DNA from: Mytilus trossulus
Taxonomy: Eukaryota
NCBI RefSeq assembly: GCF_036588685.1
Contig: NC_086386.1
Span: forward strand, 46,872,001-46,936,000
Length of the DNA stretch: 64,000 bases
Reading direction: 5' to 3'
The notes beneath the pieces were generated by a model. It had not been told where the DNA came from, did not search any database, and saw only the letters and a list, made by a program, of their open reading frames with translations. This document shows positions 1 to 15,200 of the stretch, piece by piece (the stretch's first letter is position 1; each line of letters opens with the position of its first letter). A program made the translations under genes and the position numbers.

Positions 1-244
1 GGTTGCTTAAAGTCAGATATTCTAGGATTTTATGCTTGTAATTGAATGGATTGAACAGGTGAGGGCCCAATTGCTCACGTTAAAGTCACTATATCTTTAT
101 AAGTCAACAAATTTGACCACTGGAGTTGAATTGTATTCACAATTTACTAATTTACACATACAAATCTAGCCTACAGTTCAACTAACTTCATTTTAAAATT
201 GGTTTTGATTACTGTCCTTTATAACATAAGAACTTGATAATTAC

Positions 245-3200
245 CTGGTACAGGGGTTTTATTCTGTGCCAAGGTCATGACTCCTGTTCCTCCAGCCTGA
301 GGTATTATGCTTATGGTGGGAAGTCCTCCCTGTATGAGCCCCATTTGTTGCGGACCTTTTCCTGCGATATGTACAATTTGACCTCTCGGTTTACCAGTTA
401 AATGGATTGGTTTTCCAGCCATTACATTACCACCTAATAATAAAGAAGAAAAAATCACTTTCAATGTTGCTGGCATATTTTTATTATATATATCTGTAAA
501 TCCTAAAATAAAGATAACATGAAATAACATTTATCTGCTTTTCATGAATACCAGATTCTACTTAAAAACTACTTCAAAATTTTCTCAATCAATTTCTACT
601 CTCAGAATTTTTTAAAAGTGTAATATACAAACTGGTTGGGCTATTTTAGAAATGATGGAACACAATAAGCAATTGGGATCATAAGGTACTTTACTTACTT
701 TTTTTTTGCTTTCTTTGTGGTTTCATAATATATAGAAGTCAAGAACAAGTTAATATGTATAAATGGTGGAATCTGCAAAGCGGGTCTTCCAATATATCAG
801 TGTTTCTATTTCTGAATCAGACCTTATAGAACAAAATGTTAATTCCAGCAGTAGTATTTGTACCAATTTCTAGATGAACCTTTTCATCAGAACAGAGATA
901 AAATGTTTGGATAGTGCAGCGTCTACATTACATTTGGATATTATTTCTATACTACTTACCTTGTATTTTTAGCGTAGCATTGGTTAAAGACCCCTGATTA
1001 GGGTTCTGTGCTCTTTGGGCAGCTAAAAGATTACTGACATTGACCATCTGGTTCCCTCCTATTTGTTGTACGAGTCTGGCCACTAGAGGAGCACCTGCTC
1101 CTGATGACTGGATCAATGAAGATAATGAAGTTGCTGTCACTACACCAGACTGAGGAGTGTGTAATCGTGTTGGGACAGGGGATCCAGGAGTAGGGGTACC
1201 AGCAGGAGATTGTTGAGGAACAGGAGAACCAGCGGAGGCTTGTCGCTGTATCAACTGTGGCCTTATAGCGGAAGCTAGACTTTGTGTTATAGCTTGAGAT
1301 ACTGGAGATGAGGCATCAGCAACGGAAGCCTGCAAACTTTGAAGTATACTGAGTGGTAATTGTTTGAGAAGATTTTCTCCTTTGAGTTGTGTCACATTTG
1401 TAGGCTGGGGACTTGTTATATCATTACCAGATTTGGCTGAAAAGAAAAATCAGTTTAACATGACAAAGGGAAGGTTTTGATAAAGGACATGTATGATAAT
1501 ACCACTTCACATGCCCCTTGAATTCAAAATCAATTATAAATCTAATAAATAAAAAGCTTCACAAATGCTTAAGATGTTTTAATTACATTAAGCTGTCTAA
1601 AATCAGTCTTCTTGTTTTTTTAATAGTGCCTTTGGTATTAGATAAAGGGCTTTACATTTCTGCAATTAATGAAAACTGATAAAATTTTGAAATCTTGTCA
1701 CTAATACTTATATATTAAGAATGATATTTTGCCTGATATAAAAGCAAAAGTGTGTATTTAAAGTTTTTCAATATTGCAAAAAAATCATTTATTTGTAGAA
1801 CTAATCTTTCAAATTGATAAAATATTACTACAATATGATCCATGTTGTACATGTGCACATTATAATCAGGTTACTCACCTAATTTAGCAGCATTACTTGC
1901 TTGTTGAGCTGCAGCCACTTGTTGTAACTTCTGTTGAAGTTGTTTCTGTTGTTGAAGTTGTTGTAACTGATACTGTTGAAGCTGGAATCTTATCGTAGCT
2001 CCAGTCGGAGAGGACATTATATTAGCACTTGTTACTTGATTAGCTCTCGTAGAAGCTATAGTTGTAATTGGTAAGGTTACATTCACTGAACTCTGAGTGG
2101 CATTGGCAGCGGTGGCATTCTTTAAGGCAGCTGCCACGGTTCTGGCTCCTACATTTGATGTTCTGGGACTCTGGTTTACTAATGGGTTATTGATTTTAGG
2201 ACTTTGAACAGCTGAAGACATGGGTTGTGGAGAACTAAGGGACTCTGGGTTACTATTTACACTAGTTTTTAGACTTGTGACAGTCTGTGCATTCTGTTGG
2301 GCTGCAGTATCTTTTAATTTCTGAAACAGATAATATCACAAAAATTCAAATACACTTTCAATACTGACATGTTTTCCAATTACTTATTTATTCTTTTGGT
2401 TCATTTTAGTATGAGATCATAATGAAAATGATTACCTGATAATCAATAATATTGCTGTTGTGCTTGGTTTGTTAAGGTATCAAATAGGCTGTTCACAATA
2501 ACATATATTTAATGTCATCTTGTTTTCAATAAGATTTAAAAGTGACCCAGCGGGTCAAAATTCCCATCAATTAGATATTTTATTTTTTCATTATTAAGGT
2601 TTAATTGAAATAAAAAGTTCAAACACTAACAAGGTCTTTTTTGCTTGTATTATTAGTTACATAGTGTGCTAGTGACCTAATTCGTTATATCTGGGGTTAG
2701 TAAATTCCATATGGGGTGAGAGTGAAGCTGGAATCCTCATATGGAATTTACTGACCCCATATATACCTAATTACGTCACTAGCACACTATGTAACGAATT
2801 TATCTTGATGACTATCTTAACGTGTAAAAAGACTAGTGACCTATCAAAATGAACAAGTCTCCAATACAGTTAGCATTAACATGGTTAAGAAACTACTTCC
2901 TATGCCAGGTCCTACAAAAACATATGCCAACAATGACAACTTGTTAGATTTAAATGTGTTTTATGAATTAATTTCACTTTATCATCACTTTCTTCGTCTG
3001 TTGAAACCTTTATGATTTTTTCTCAGTACTGTTTTGTTTTTCTAAAGGGACGTAACACCACTTCTAACCATGTATGAAATAAGCCCCGCCTCCTTATTAC
3101 CGTATTTGGAATATAAAGGGACATAACTCCACTACTAACCATGTATGAAATAAGCCCCTCCTCCCAACTACCCTAATATTAAATATACATGGTTTTCACA

Positions 3201-6200
3201 AGCTTTTAACCTATCATATTCCTAGAAATGTATAGGAGGAAAGATAAAAGATAAGCCGACCAACTAAGGGTTTCAATGATATGCTAGTTATTTTCAATAA
3301 CTTACAGCTTTGCTAGATTTGGGTTTACTGGTTTGTGCTAGAGATTTCTTTGCTTTCTGTGCAGCACCATGTGCCTGGTGGATTCGTTCTAAAAATAGAA
3401 ATGAAATTACAACAGTGTTATATGATTCATTTTTTAATGATTAATATTGTAATAATAATCCATAAATTTTACATTTCTTTGATATAAGCCAAAATACGGG
3501 AAGTATATCTGCTCATTTGTGCTTTTGTGTTTTTATCTCATAATTGCATGTATCAGTTTGTGTTTAACTTGTAAGATGCTTAAAGAGCTTTTGTGCTGCA
3601 TGTTTATATACTGATTGAACTCTTGCTTTATATGTTTAATGTTGTGTGCATGACTCGATATGTATGTTTTGTTTTACTTGTTGTTATGTCGTTTTTGAAA
3701 GCTCTTCAGAGCTTTGTTTGTAGTTGCTTGCTTATACCGACTCTAAATAAAGCTTTATGTCTAATGTCTCATAATAAATATTCATTGCTTTGTGATTTTT
3801 TTCCGTCATTTTGAACTTTCAACAACTATCAATCAACAGTAAGGAAAAAAATGTTTACTTTTTATGCTCTGCAATCGAGATACACTGATATTTTCCATAT
3901 TAAAAAATAATAAATAATATACAATTATTTATTTAAATCATCAGAACTAAGGGTTTTTGATAAAAAAAAAAATCAAAAAAATCAAAAAAAAATCATTTTA
4001 ATCAAAAAATTGAAAACTTACCAAATTCATTTTCTGTTCTGTTTCTGTGGAGATAGATCCACAATTTTCTGTTTACATCATATTTAACACAGGGATCCTT
4101 TTCTGAATGCAGTCTGTCTAGAGCACCACTGACTACCACATTTAGCTGAAACAGTCATCTTTAATTATATCTACAATAACTTTACTTTAGCTTTAAAATA
4201 AAAACATGTTGTACAATGCTAAGAAATAGATAGAATACAATTTGAGGCTTTACCAAAAAATCAATCAATCACAATACTTATTCTTTTTTTACTGCAACTC
4301 TTACAAATCAGATATTGACATCAAAACCATCAATTTTGAATTTGAAGCAGACGACATGTAAAAATCAGCCAAACAGTTTTCTTTTTTGCCGTTATAAATT
4401 AACACTATGAAAACACATTGTACATGTCATTAACAAGACGATATACAGTCAGTGGCAATATCACAAATGAACATATGGATAGTTTGTGGACAGTTGTCTC
4501 ATTGGCAATCATACCACATCTTTTTTATATATGATTAATGCAGTTCGACAGTGCAAAATACCAAGGTTTCAGTATTAACTTAACATGTTGATAGTTACAA
4601 AATGAAATATATTTGTTTACCTATTAAAGTCTGAAACCCTTACATAAGTTTTCTGAATTGGCGTTTTCTTATTCAAGATTTGAATGCTAATATTGTTGTC
4701 TTTCTCTAATCATGGTTTATTGTTTTTCAGTTCTCGGTGTAACCTTTTTTTTTCTATGCTTACTTTTGTATGTAATATGTTATATTAATACCTGTGCATC
4801 AGTTACACCTGGAGCTAAGTACTGAGAATCTTTTAATAATTCACAAATATCTCCTCGTGTACCTTCACCATTGGGAAGTCTAGCAGAGGCATCTCTTACT
4901 GAATAAAAAATGAAAAAAAAAATGAAAATAAATTCTATGTTTTCTCTTGATAATTTTTATATTGTAAATTTTGTTTGTTATAACTCATTGATTCCAGTTC
5001 AAAGGCTGCAAAAACACTTGTCTCCATCAAATTTGTCAAGGAGACAAGAAGGGAGGATTGTGTTTTGAAATACTTATATATATGTCTCTATTCTTCATTG
5101 TTCTTATGGGATCACTTCTTTGTCCTATAGAGTATGCAGCTTGTAACACGTATCTCATTGGCATTTTCATATCATAGAGCTACATTAACTTGTATCTTGC
5201 TCACAACAAAGTAATCAGTAAGAGATACTATGAAATATAAATATACTGCAATCATACAAGTATCATATTTATCGAGTGTTTCAATAAAAAATTCTCTGGA
5301 TAAAATTTTTACACATATCAATGAAAATTGACTGTTGTACCTTAAACAACATCAGTTCAATAGGCTTATAGTGCAACAAGCTTACACATATCTTACAATT
5401 CTTAGAATTTATAGAATTAAATTTACATAGGAAACATTTCACAAATTTATTATACACTTCTTTTTCATAAGTTTTAAGAGTCAATGCTCTTCAACTTCAT
5501 AATTTATTTGGCCTTTTTAACATTTTTGGATTCGAGCGTCACTGATGAGTCTTTTGTAGACGAAACGTGCGTCTGGCATATATACTAAATTTAGTCCAGG
5601 TAGCTATGATGAGTTTATTCACTTACCTAGGGTTAATATAGTAACAAATGCAGGCCTAGAGGACACCAGTAATGCATGCTCCCTGGCCTTGTTTAAAGCA
5701 CTTTCTTTTGTATAAACACCTTTTACTGGACCAACAACAGATTCATATCCATGTAATTTATATGTGAAAGACTTATGGGGATTTTCAAATCTCCGTCGCT
5801 CCTAAAATATAAATTTGAGTTTATCATCTGTAATAACATGATTAACAAATAGATCTATAATTAGCAATATGCTCAGCTATTAAAGATTTTAGTTCCTAAA
5901 TTAGTCAAGTTTTCTTTTAACTAGCATAACTTACATACAAGAGCTATTTGGAAGCTTTTAGTACTTGCTCAACATCATTCGAATGTTTGTTTAAACCAGG
6001 TTGTAAACTGTTAAAATGTTTCATTGAAGTTTATCCCATATATTTGTTTCAATCAATATACTTCTTAATAAGGTACTTGTGAACACACTTTAGACTGAAG
6101 TAAATGTAAGCATTCTCTGATAAGGTGTTTACCGCCATTGTTTTTTATGTGAAGTTGCACAAGAAATATGAATTAGCCACCTAACTTTTCTAGATGGACT

Positions 6201-9200
6201 TTCATGATGCATATATGAGGGGGGATAGGAGGGGTCCTGATCCCGAAATCCCAGACTTAAAAAAACGAAATCCCGAGGTCCCGAAATTTAAATAAAGTAA
6301 ATCCCGACCTCCTGAAATCCGAAAAAAAGGATTCCTGGATCCCGAAAGGGTCAATCCCGAAATCCCGAGCTTAAAAAAATCGATCCCGGAGTCCTGATAA
6401 AGGTCCTATCCCCCTCATGTATAGATAAAAGAGATTGCCTTTGAGAAATAACCAATATTTGAACCACAACAAATGAAGTATTTAGTCTTTACTGTGATTA
6501 TTTCTGTCTCTTGTTGAGAACTTTTAAATTGTATCAAGTATCAGGCAGAAATTTTATTAACTTAATGACCTTTCTTTTTCATTCAAAAAATGCATTTTTT
6601 GGCGATATTATTTTCACGGAAAATAGACAATTTTTTTCAGAAACATAAAATTGACTCATACCTGTTCCCTAAATAATCCTTTTTCATCTTCAGTAGTGGC
6701 CCGCACCACAAATGTTGTTTTTCTACAATAAAAAAATACATTCTTAATAAAAACTGTAAGATTGCTAGAATCAAGCATAGCAATAGAATTATCATTATTT
6801 TAAATCTAATTGTCTCTGAAATGCATTGTACTCTACAGTCGATGAAAAATTGTAAGGAGATGATTAATCTACCAGATTGCCACACTTCATTACAATAGGG
6901 AGACAAGAAATGAAATCCTTTAATAACATTAATGCTAACAATGAGTGGATGATGAAAAGTATCTAATTACAAGGTATGATCCAATAAGAACAGATTGATT
7001 CCTTTGATAATACTTACGATCTAGGTGGTGGTGGAGATCCATCTCTTCCGTCTTCCTCTGTGCCTGTAAGTTTTTTATTGGTCATCCAATGTTTAAAAAA
7101 TTGGGCCAACTTATCATCAGAATCTCTGCCTGCACCTATCCAGGTCCATTGCTGGGCTCTTTCTTTATAATCCAAAAACGGTACAAAATTATCAGGAACT
7201 GCACCTACAATAACCAAAATTCATTAATTTCTTACACATTTTATATAATATATTCAGTGGTTTTCAACATGCAGACTTTTTATACGTTCAGGTATTTCAC
7301 ATCCAATTTTTTATGGAAATATTCTTTATAAAGCACAAAGGTGTCAGTATTCACCTCATAAACTTACAAAACCTTTGAATAGACTTATTAAAAAGGGATA
7401 TAATTACGATACTGTTGTCAAGTCATTAAAGATTGCATATTTTGGCGTTAATATTGAGTCACTGATAAGGTCTTTGCGTCGGAACTAAACACATTTATTC
7501 TAAAAACAGTTGTTGGCATGACACGGGTTATGTTCTTCTCATATATGTTATGATGGTATGATACTAAACCCCTTACAGGAAGGATTGTGCCTGATGTTCA
7601 TATGATGAAATCATAATCTTTCAGTCAGTTTAATTGAAGTCTGGAGCTGGCATGTCAGTTAACTGCTAGTAGTCTGTTGTTATTTATGTATTATTGTCAT
7701 TTTGTTTATTTTCTTTGGTTACATCTTCTGACATCAGACTCGGACTTCTCTTGAACTGAATTTTAATGTGCGTATTGTTATGCTTTTACTTTTCTACACT
7801 GGTTAGAGGTATAGGGGGAGGGTTGAGATCTCACAAACATGTTTAACCCCGCCGCATTTTTGCGCCTGTCCCAAGTCAGGAGCCTCTGGCCTTTGTTAGT
7901 CTTGTATTTTTTAAATTTTAGTTTCTTGTGTACAATTTGGAAATTAGTATGGCGTTCATTATCACTGAACTAGTATATATTTGTTTAGGGGCCAGCTGAA
8001 GGACGCCTCCGGGTGCGGGAATTTCTCGCTACATTGAAGACCTGTTGGTGACCTTCTGCTGTTGTGTTTATTTATTTTGGTCGGGTTGTTGTCTCTTTGA
8101 CACATTCCCCATTTCCATTCTCAATTTTATTCAATCTGTTTCTTCATTTTACAATCAATAGAATTTTTTAAAACAGGTGCCCCTTAAGATCTTGGTCAAT
8201 TTTTCTGCAGTAAAAGTGTTTTCAAACATTATTAAAACTTGAATCTTCAGGACATTCAAATATTTTTTGTTTTATTTCATTTGGTTAAGTTATTTTTCGA
8301 AGACATATGAAAGTTGGCGTAGATAAAAAACCTTACGCCATATAGCTAGAAATCCGCTTTCTGGCTGTCATTCAAAATGATAGGTCATATTGTCTTTTAT
8401 TGTATGAACAAACGAAAAACTGCATATGAAATTACAGCAGATTTCAGTCAGTATGTAGGTAATGGTAATATTTTGGTTAGCTTGCTTGTTAGCTGAACCA
8501 TGAAGTCATTGTTAGGTAAGGTATACTACCCTTCTTTTAAAGTAGCTTAGTCCTACAGAGAGATAAATTGGTTATCTGTTGGGCTAGTCTTCTATTAAAG
8601 GAGGGTAGTTTACCTAACCTAACAATGACTTCACGGTTCAGCTAACAAACAAGCTAACCAAAGATATTACCATTAGCTACATACTCACTGAAATCTGCTG
8701 TAACATAAAACTTTGTTTCCTTCTTTATATGACTTAAGGTAGTACTCAACACTTTCACTAAAATTAATTTGGCTCGTTTAATTTTCATAAAATTTAGACA
8801 ATGTATTTACTTTGACCCATTAACAAAAATATAAAAATTTCAAAAATTTGGAACCAACCGTTTTGTCAGAAAAATGACACTGGTTATATAGCAGTTTGAC
8901 AAACACCAATTTTGATAATTGAGAAGCTTTATATTCCCTTTACAACACAACGTAACTAAAACGTTTAGCTGACTTTAAATTCAAAAGCATTTATTGCACA
9001 TTAGACACCACATAAAACTGATGTTACTACATTGGTATCATCCCAACCCAAAATGAAGTGGAGAACATCCTAAACAGTTCAAGGAACTTGAAGGTTCAGA
9101 ACTTTAGATTGAAGTTAATTTAAGGTTTACCTATAAGTTCTCCAGCTAAGAACTTGAGGGCTGAAGTAACAGTGTCAACCCAGTTAGTTTCCAGTTTTGT

Positions 9201-12200
9201 CCAGGCCATTGAACTCCAACTGGGAGATTCTTGTAATTCTCGTACCTTTTCCTCTATCTGTTAAAAGAAAAGTCATTATATATATTATCTGATTAGAGTA
9301 GGAAATTATCTGCTCTGGTAAATACTTTAAAATCAGAAATTATTACATGCATTTATAATTGCAATTTTTAAATGGACCAAAATGTGACTCTATATTTCAA
9401 GTTCAGGAAAACCTGGATACTTCATGAATGTACTAACTTAGGTATCACAGTTCTGAATGTGACTTCTAATTTTTGTGATACCAACATTGTCGCATTATTC
9501 AAAATAATAAAAACGTCAAAAAATGTTAAACTCATTCCCTTACTTTTTTCTGTAACAAAGTAATTTTCATTTGCTTGTAATAGGACTTTTTCTATCTTTC
9601 CACATACATTTTTAATGGAATCAATAAAAAGAATCTACTTGTAAATGAAAAGAAATATCGGTATCATCAATAAGACAGTCAATGACTATCTCTTTACCTT
9701 GGCAGTGCTTCCTTTACCATCCGAGAAATCTATCAATAAATCTCTGACCAAACTGAAGAAGTTGTTCTGTTTTGCAATTATTGTGTTAGATCTATAGGAT
9801 CTGAAAAATATACAGTACCAATTTTAATGGATATGTATGACAAGCATTACAATACATTTTATCAACAATATATTTTATAGACAAGATTATATCAGCTTGC
9901 TAATCAATGATGAATTTAATAGTGATACGATTTCATTTTTTAATACATTAGTGTATAAAATGAATCCTTTTCAACCTCATCATAACATACAGACCCAAAG
10001 AGGAATGTTTTAACTATGGGTGGGTGCGAGATACTTTTTGCATTATGAAATATAAGTCAAATTCAAAAATGGCCTCTATAGGTGTTCAACCCTACTTTCC
10101 AAGTGTTTTCCCTGGTTCATTACATGTTTTAATGCAACAGCCCTGATAACATGTATCTGTACATTGTTTGTTTATGTAATTTATACGTGTTTCTCATTGT
10201 TTTTTTTATATAGATTAGACCGTTGGTTTTCCCGTTTGAATGGTTTTACACTAGTAATTTTGGGGCCCTTTATAGCTTGTTGTTCGGTGTGAGCCAAGGC
10301 TCTGTGTTGAAGGCCGTACATTAACCTATAATGGTTTACCTTTTTTTAAATTGTTATTTGGATGGAGAGTTGTCTCATTGGCACTCACACCACATCTTCC
10401 TATATCTATTGTGTATAACTTGTAGGTTGCACTCTGTAAATACAGCTGTTTCTCAAACCACGCCTCTTTTGGGGAAATATATAATATTCATTCATAATTT
10501 GATTTGTGACATACTGGTTCCCAGATATGATTTCTATGTTTCATCTCATAGAGAAATATCTTGGGACTGTTATCAGTACAAAAACATACCATTGTGGTGA
10601 AAAATGAATTCTGAAGTAGGCAAAAAGTAAATATATGGGAAGTACACAATTTAATTATAAGTTTAACCTGTAACAAGTTGAGGGCATACAACTCATTAAT
10701 GTTGAAAATGTGCCACACAGCCCTAAGTTTTGACCTTTGGATAAAATAGTAGTGTATATCAATTTTCTACTCTAGGATATAATTTTCTCACAATTTCATA
10801 GCAAAAATGTCACAGTTAAAGTTTCTATGGGATATTGAATTGTCTATATTTATAGAAATGCAACCTTTAGCAATGAAAAATACATTTAAAACTTACTCTG
10901 GCAGAGAATATTCTGACATGTTATCTATTTCCGTTTTGAAGAACGAGTCTCCTATTCCACTTCCCTCCTCATCGGTGAAATTAGATCTACTTGGAGTGGA
11001 TTGTTCCGATCTTATATCTTTTTCTTTTTTCAATTTCTTCTCTGCTCTTTCCTTCATTCTTAATTTCTTCCGTTTACTTAATGATATACTTGAATTTGAA
11101 GAAGCTAAAAATAACACAAGCCCATCAAAATATCTTTCATCAAAGTAAAAAAACTTACAGTATTCGAATAACTTCTTTTGAGTGAGTCAATAATCACTAT
11201 TATATAATTGTCCAAGATTAAAACTTTGAGAGACATTTTACTTTCTTCTAATTATAACAACTTGTGTAAAAAGGTCTATTGTCATGGAGTTTTAATTTCA
11301 CTATTTTTAAATGCCAAACCGGTTTTGCAAAGTTTTATTTTATATGTGTTTCTCTAATTCTATGGAAATTTATCCCTTTTCGAACCCATTGTATAAAAAA
11401 ATTTAATCAACGTGTGGTTGCTGGTGATCTCAGAAGATCATTGGATGATTTTAAGGGTCATGACCTTTTTGGCTGACTGGATGAACCAAAATATGATAAC
11501 AGGTGTTAATGAAATTGACAACTTCGTGCAATGTGAAAGGCACTCGAAGGGGATTTTCGGTAAACAAAAAAAGAAAATGTCTTTTTAATCATTAGAGAAA
11601 CAGATTCTTACATAGTTACTCGTGGATTATCGGATTTATCCAATCTCGATAGTTAAATTATAAATTTTAAAGTACTCGCCGAGGCGGCTCGAACTTTAAA
11701 ATTGATAATTTAACTATCTCGATTGGATAAATCCGATAATCCACTGGTATCAATGTAAGAATCTATATTTATCTTGTTTCTGACCTTTTATCTTCCCTTA
11801 AAAAATCAAATAAACAGGATGGGATATTTTTGTTCATGTATCTTAATTACAAAATAATGTATACAAATTTCCCACTTAAGTCTTTTATCAGAACTCACCT
11901 GGTTGTATTTTAGGACTTTTCTTGTGAGCCTGACATCTGGACATTATTTCCTCTAGTGTAATATTCTGTATGTCCAATTCTGGACATTCCTGTAGGTTAA
12001 AAAAAAAGTTCATGACATATATTTTTCTCACTCACTTATCAAACATTTGTTGCAGAAACTTTGACTGAGTCATATATTTATCACTAAAGAAATTATTTTT
12101 TATAGAGTATGACTTGATTCTAAATATTAATCAAACAGCCCTCTATTTACATTCTCCCCATCTCAATAACTAATTGTGCTGCATTGAAAACCACTTGATG

Positions 12201-15200
12201 ACCTTGTGATGTAATCACAGTTCTCCACAATTTTAAAATACTGCAAATTCAGAAATTATTGCAATGTTTTTATTATTGAAACAAGAATGTGTCCCAAGTA
12301 CACGGATGCCCCACTCACATTATCATTTTCTATGTTCAGTGGACTGTCAAAGTGGGGTAAAAACTCTCATTTTGCGTTAAAATTAGAAAGATCATATTAT
12401 AGGGAACATGTGTACTAAGTTTCAAGTTGATTGGACTTCAACTTCATCAAAAACTACCTTAACTTAAAACTTTAACCTGAAGCTGGACGCACAAACAGAC
12501 TAACGACGAACCCACAGACCAGAAAACATAATGCCCGTAAGTGGGACCTAAAAATGCGACATGGTTATAATCCCAACTATTTAAACTCGCATTTTAATTT
12601 TTTTTATGAATTAAACAGGATTTTTCTCAATACTGCAAAAACTAATATCATATTTTTTAGTCTAAAATTACAAAATAGCAATAATATATGCACACTAATT
12701 TCTGAATTTACAGTAATTCATTGGTTTTTTTTTTGTTTATTTTAACAGTTCTTACCATTATATCACATTCCTTGTGCTTTCTTCTATGATTTTTAAGAAG
12801 TAGTGAGTAGTCTTCTTCAGTAACATCTACAGGACTGATAGGTCTTTGGTATTTTGCATTAGAGGGACCTTTGTGTTCTTCATCACCTACAATTAAAGTA
12901 AAATTACGTGTACAGTTAAACCTGGCTAAACCGAATCCTGCTTAAATCGAAAAACTGTATAAACCAAACATTTTCTAAAGCACCGTCATATCAAATTGTA
13001 TGTGTTGTGAACCTGATAAAACCAAACATCAGCCAAAACCGTACACAATCTTAAATCCAGAAGAGGTTCGGTTTAGCCAGGTTTGACAGTATAACAATAT
13101 ATACTTCTTCATCTTAACTCTTGTTTGTAAATCAATTTCAATTTTCTATTTCAATGACAAAATTTTCATATTTTTTATCACGCAGATATTGTTCATCAAA
13201 AATGAAAAATGAATGGCAACTTTTGTTTATTCCACATTGAAATATTAAGTGACATAACCCAATTTCTTTTTATCTTGACACTCACACTTACTTGTCAGAT
13301 CACCATTCAGGGAGGGTTTTACATCATACGTGGCTACCACGCTGGGTATGGTTGGTTCTGGGGAAGGAATTGGACACAAGGATTTAAACAACTGCTTCTT
13401 ACTTTTTTGTGCAGGATCTGAAATCAAGTATATATGTTAGTTTTAAATTCTTGTGTTTTTTTAATTTCATTTTAAGCATCAACTATAATAATCGTTTTTC
13501 TTTAAGACCAATTTTTAAAGCAATATCCAGATAACATTCTATGGTACAAATCACACAGTGGTTAATTAAATTAAAACCTGTACCCCAACTTTTGCTAATC
13601 ATGCTTATCCCCATGTGTCCCCATGCTTATAGTGTATGCCCTTATATTTTTCAATTATATCCTACTACCTGTCAGATCTATTTATCAACAATATAGGAAA
13701 AAACACAAACTATATCTGTAAGTCATCATTATACACTTATGTACAAAAACTCTGATCATTATGTGCTGGTTTAACAAATATATGGGACACACAGATGATG
13801 CCCCTGACTTATGTTATAAAGAGACATAACTCAAGAATGGTAAAAATGAGGCTAACCAAATTTGTAATTAAGGTATTGCCGTCTTGGATTGTTCAACCAC
13901 AGTACAAAATTGGTCTAGTTTAGTTATTTGCCCAAATCTGCAAATTTGGAAACAGATTTACAATTTAATAGTTTTGACTGTTTATTTATATAAAGAAAAC
14001 TTGGTAATTTATTGTATTATTTAAAATATTTAAACAAAATTCAAATGTTTTGGTTTTTGAAAATAATAATTCAAATGAGTCATTTAAGGGGAGATAACTC
14101 ATTTAGTACAAAATTTATAATGGGCTTATGGTGATTTTTTAAATTTTTACTTGTAGCAAGGAAACAAAATCGGTGACACCATAGTTTCTTTTTATTTTTC
14201 TTTAAACATATTATGAAACCTATCTTCTCACAATTTATTTCAAAATTCTATCTCATAGAAGTTTTTCATGAACTAACTAACCAAATTTAGGCAATTTTCA
14301 ACGACTCATTGATTGAAAAATAACACGGTGACCCATACTTCTAATTATATTTTTGAAAAAATCTTCATTTTGGCAAATTATAAGAAAGTCTGTCTCAAAA
14401 AATATTTACTTTTGATCTACCTTAATATGAGTTTTGTGGTTATTAGCATTGTGTAAAAGATTCATAACATTTGAAAGAGGAAAACTAAATTATAGTATGA
14501 AAACAAAAAAATCCATTTGTAAAGGGGGCATAACTCTAGAAAGATAAAAGTTACACCATCCAAATTCAAACTTAATCTGTGTTGTCTGGAAATAAAGATT
14601 GTGTACAAGTTTCATAACATTTGATGCAAATTTAAGTTAAAGAACAGAAACCATTTTTGGGATGTACAGACCTAGACAGACAATGATAAAACTTAGTGTC
14701 CCCTCTGCTACAATGGGAGCATACAAAATAGTTTAGACAATTGTTTTATTTCAGAATGACAGACACACAGAATATAAAAGTAGCTGAGGCGATAAAATTC
14801 TACCTGAGTTCTATAACAGCTATCATACATCTTGTTCTTAAAATAAAGACAATAAAATACAAACTTGTATATTCTTCTTCCTCTGATGACGTATCTTCTA
14901 CACCACACTCCTGTCTCACTTCTTTTAACAATCTACAATTCAAATATCAAATAAAGTCAACAGTAGTATACCGCTGTTCAAAACTCATAAATCCATGGAC
15001 AAAAAACAAAATCGGGGTAAAAAACTAAAACCGAGGGAAACGCATTAAATATAAGAGGAGAACAACGACAAAACACTAAAATGTAGCACACACAGAAACA
15101 GACCAAGCATCAGACAAAATCCCACGATAATAACAAATATAACATCAAAACCAAATACCGGTACTTGATTTTGCGATAGACAAGTACCAAAAAGATTTGT

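Noticed and set aside
7455-7490. GAGTCACTGATAAGGTC resembling a third hammerhead
   Set aside because: The core reads CTGATAA rather than CTGANGA, and no stem II/GAAA follows. It is the junction of a different repeat.
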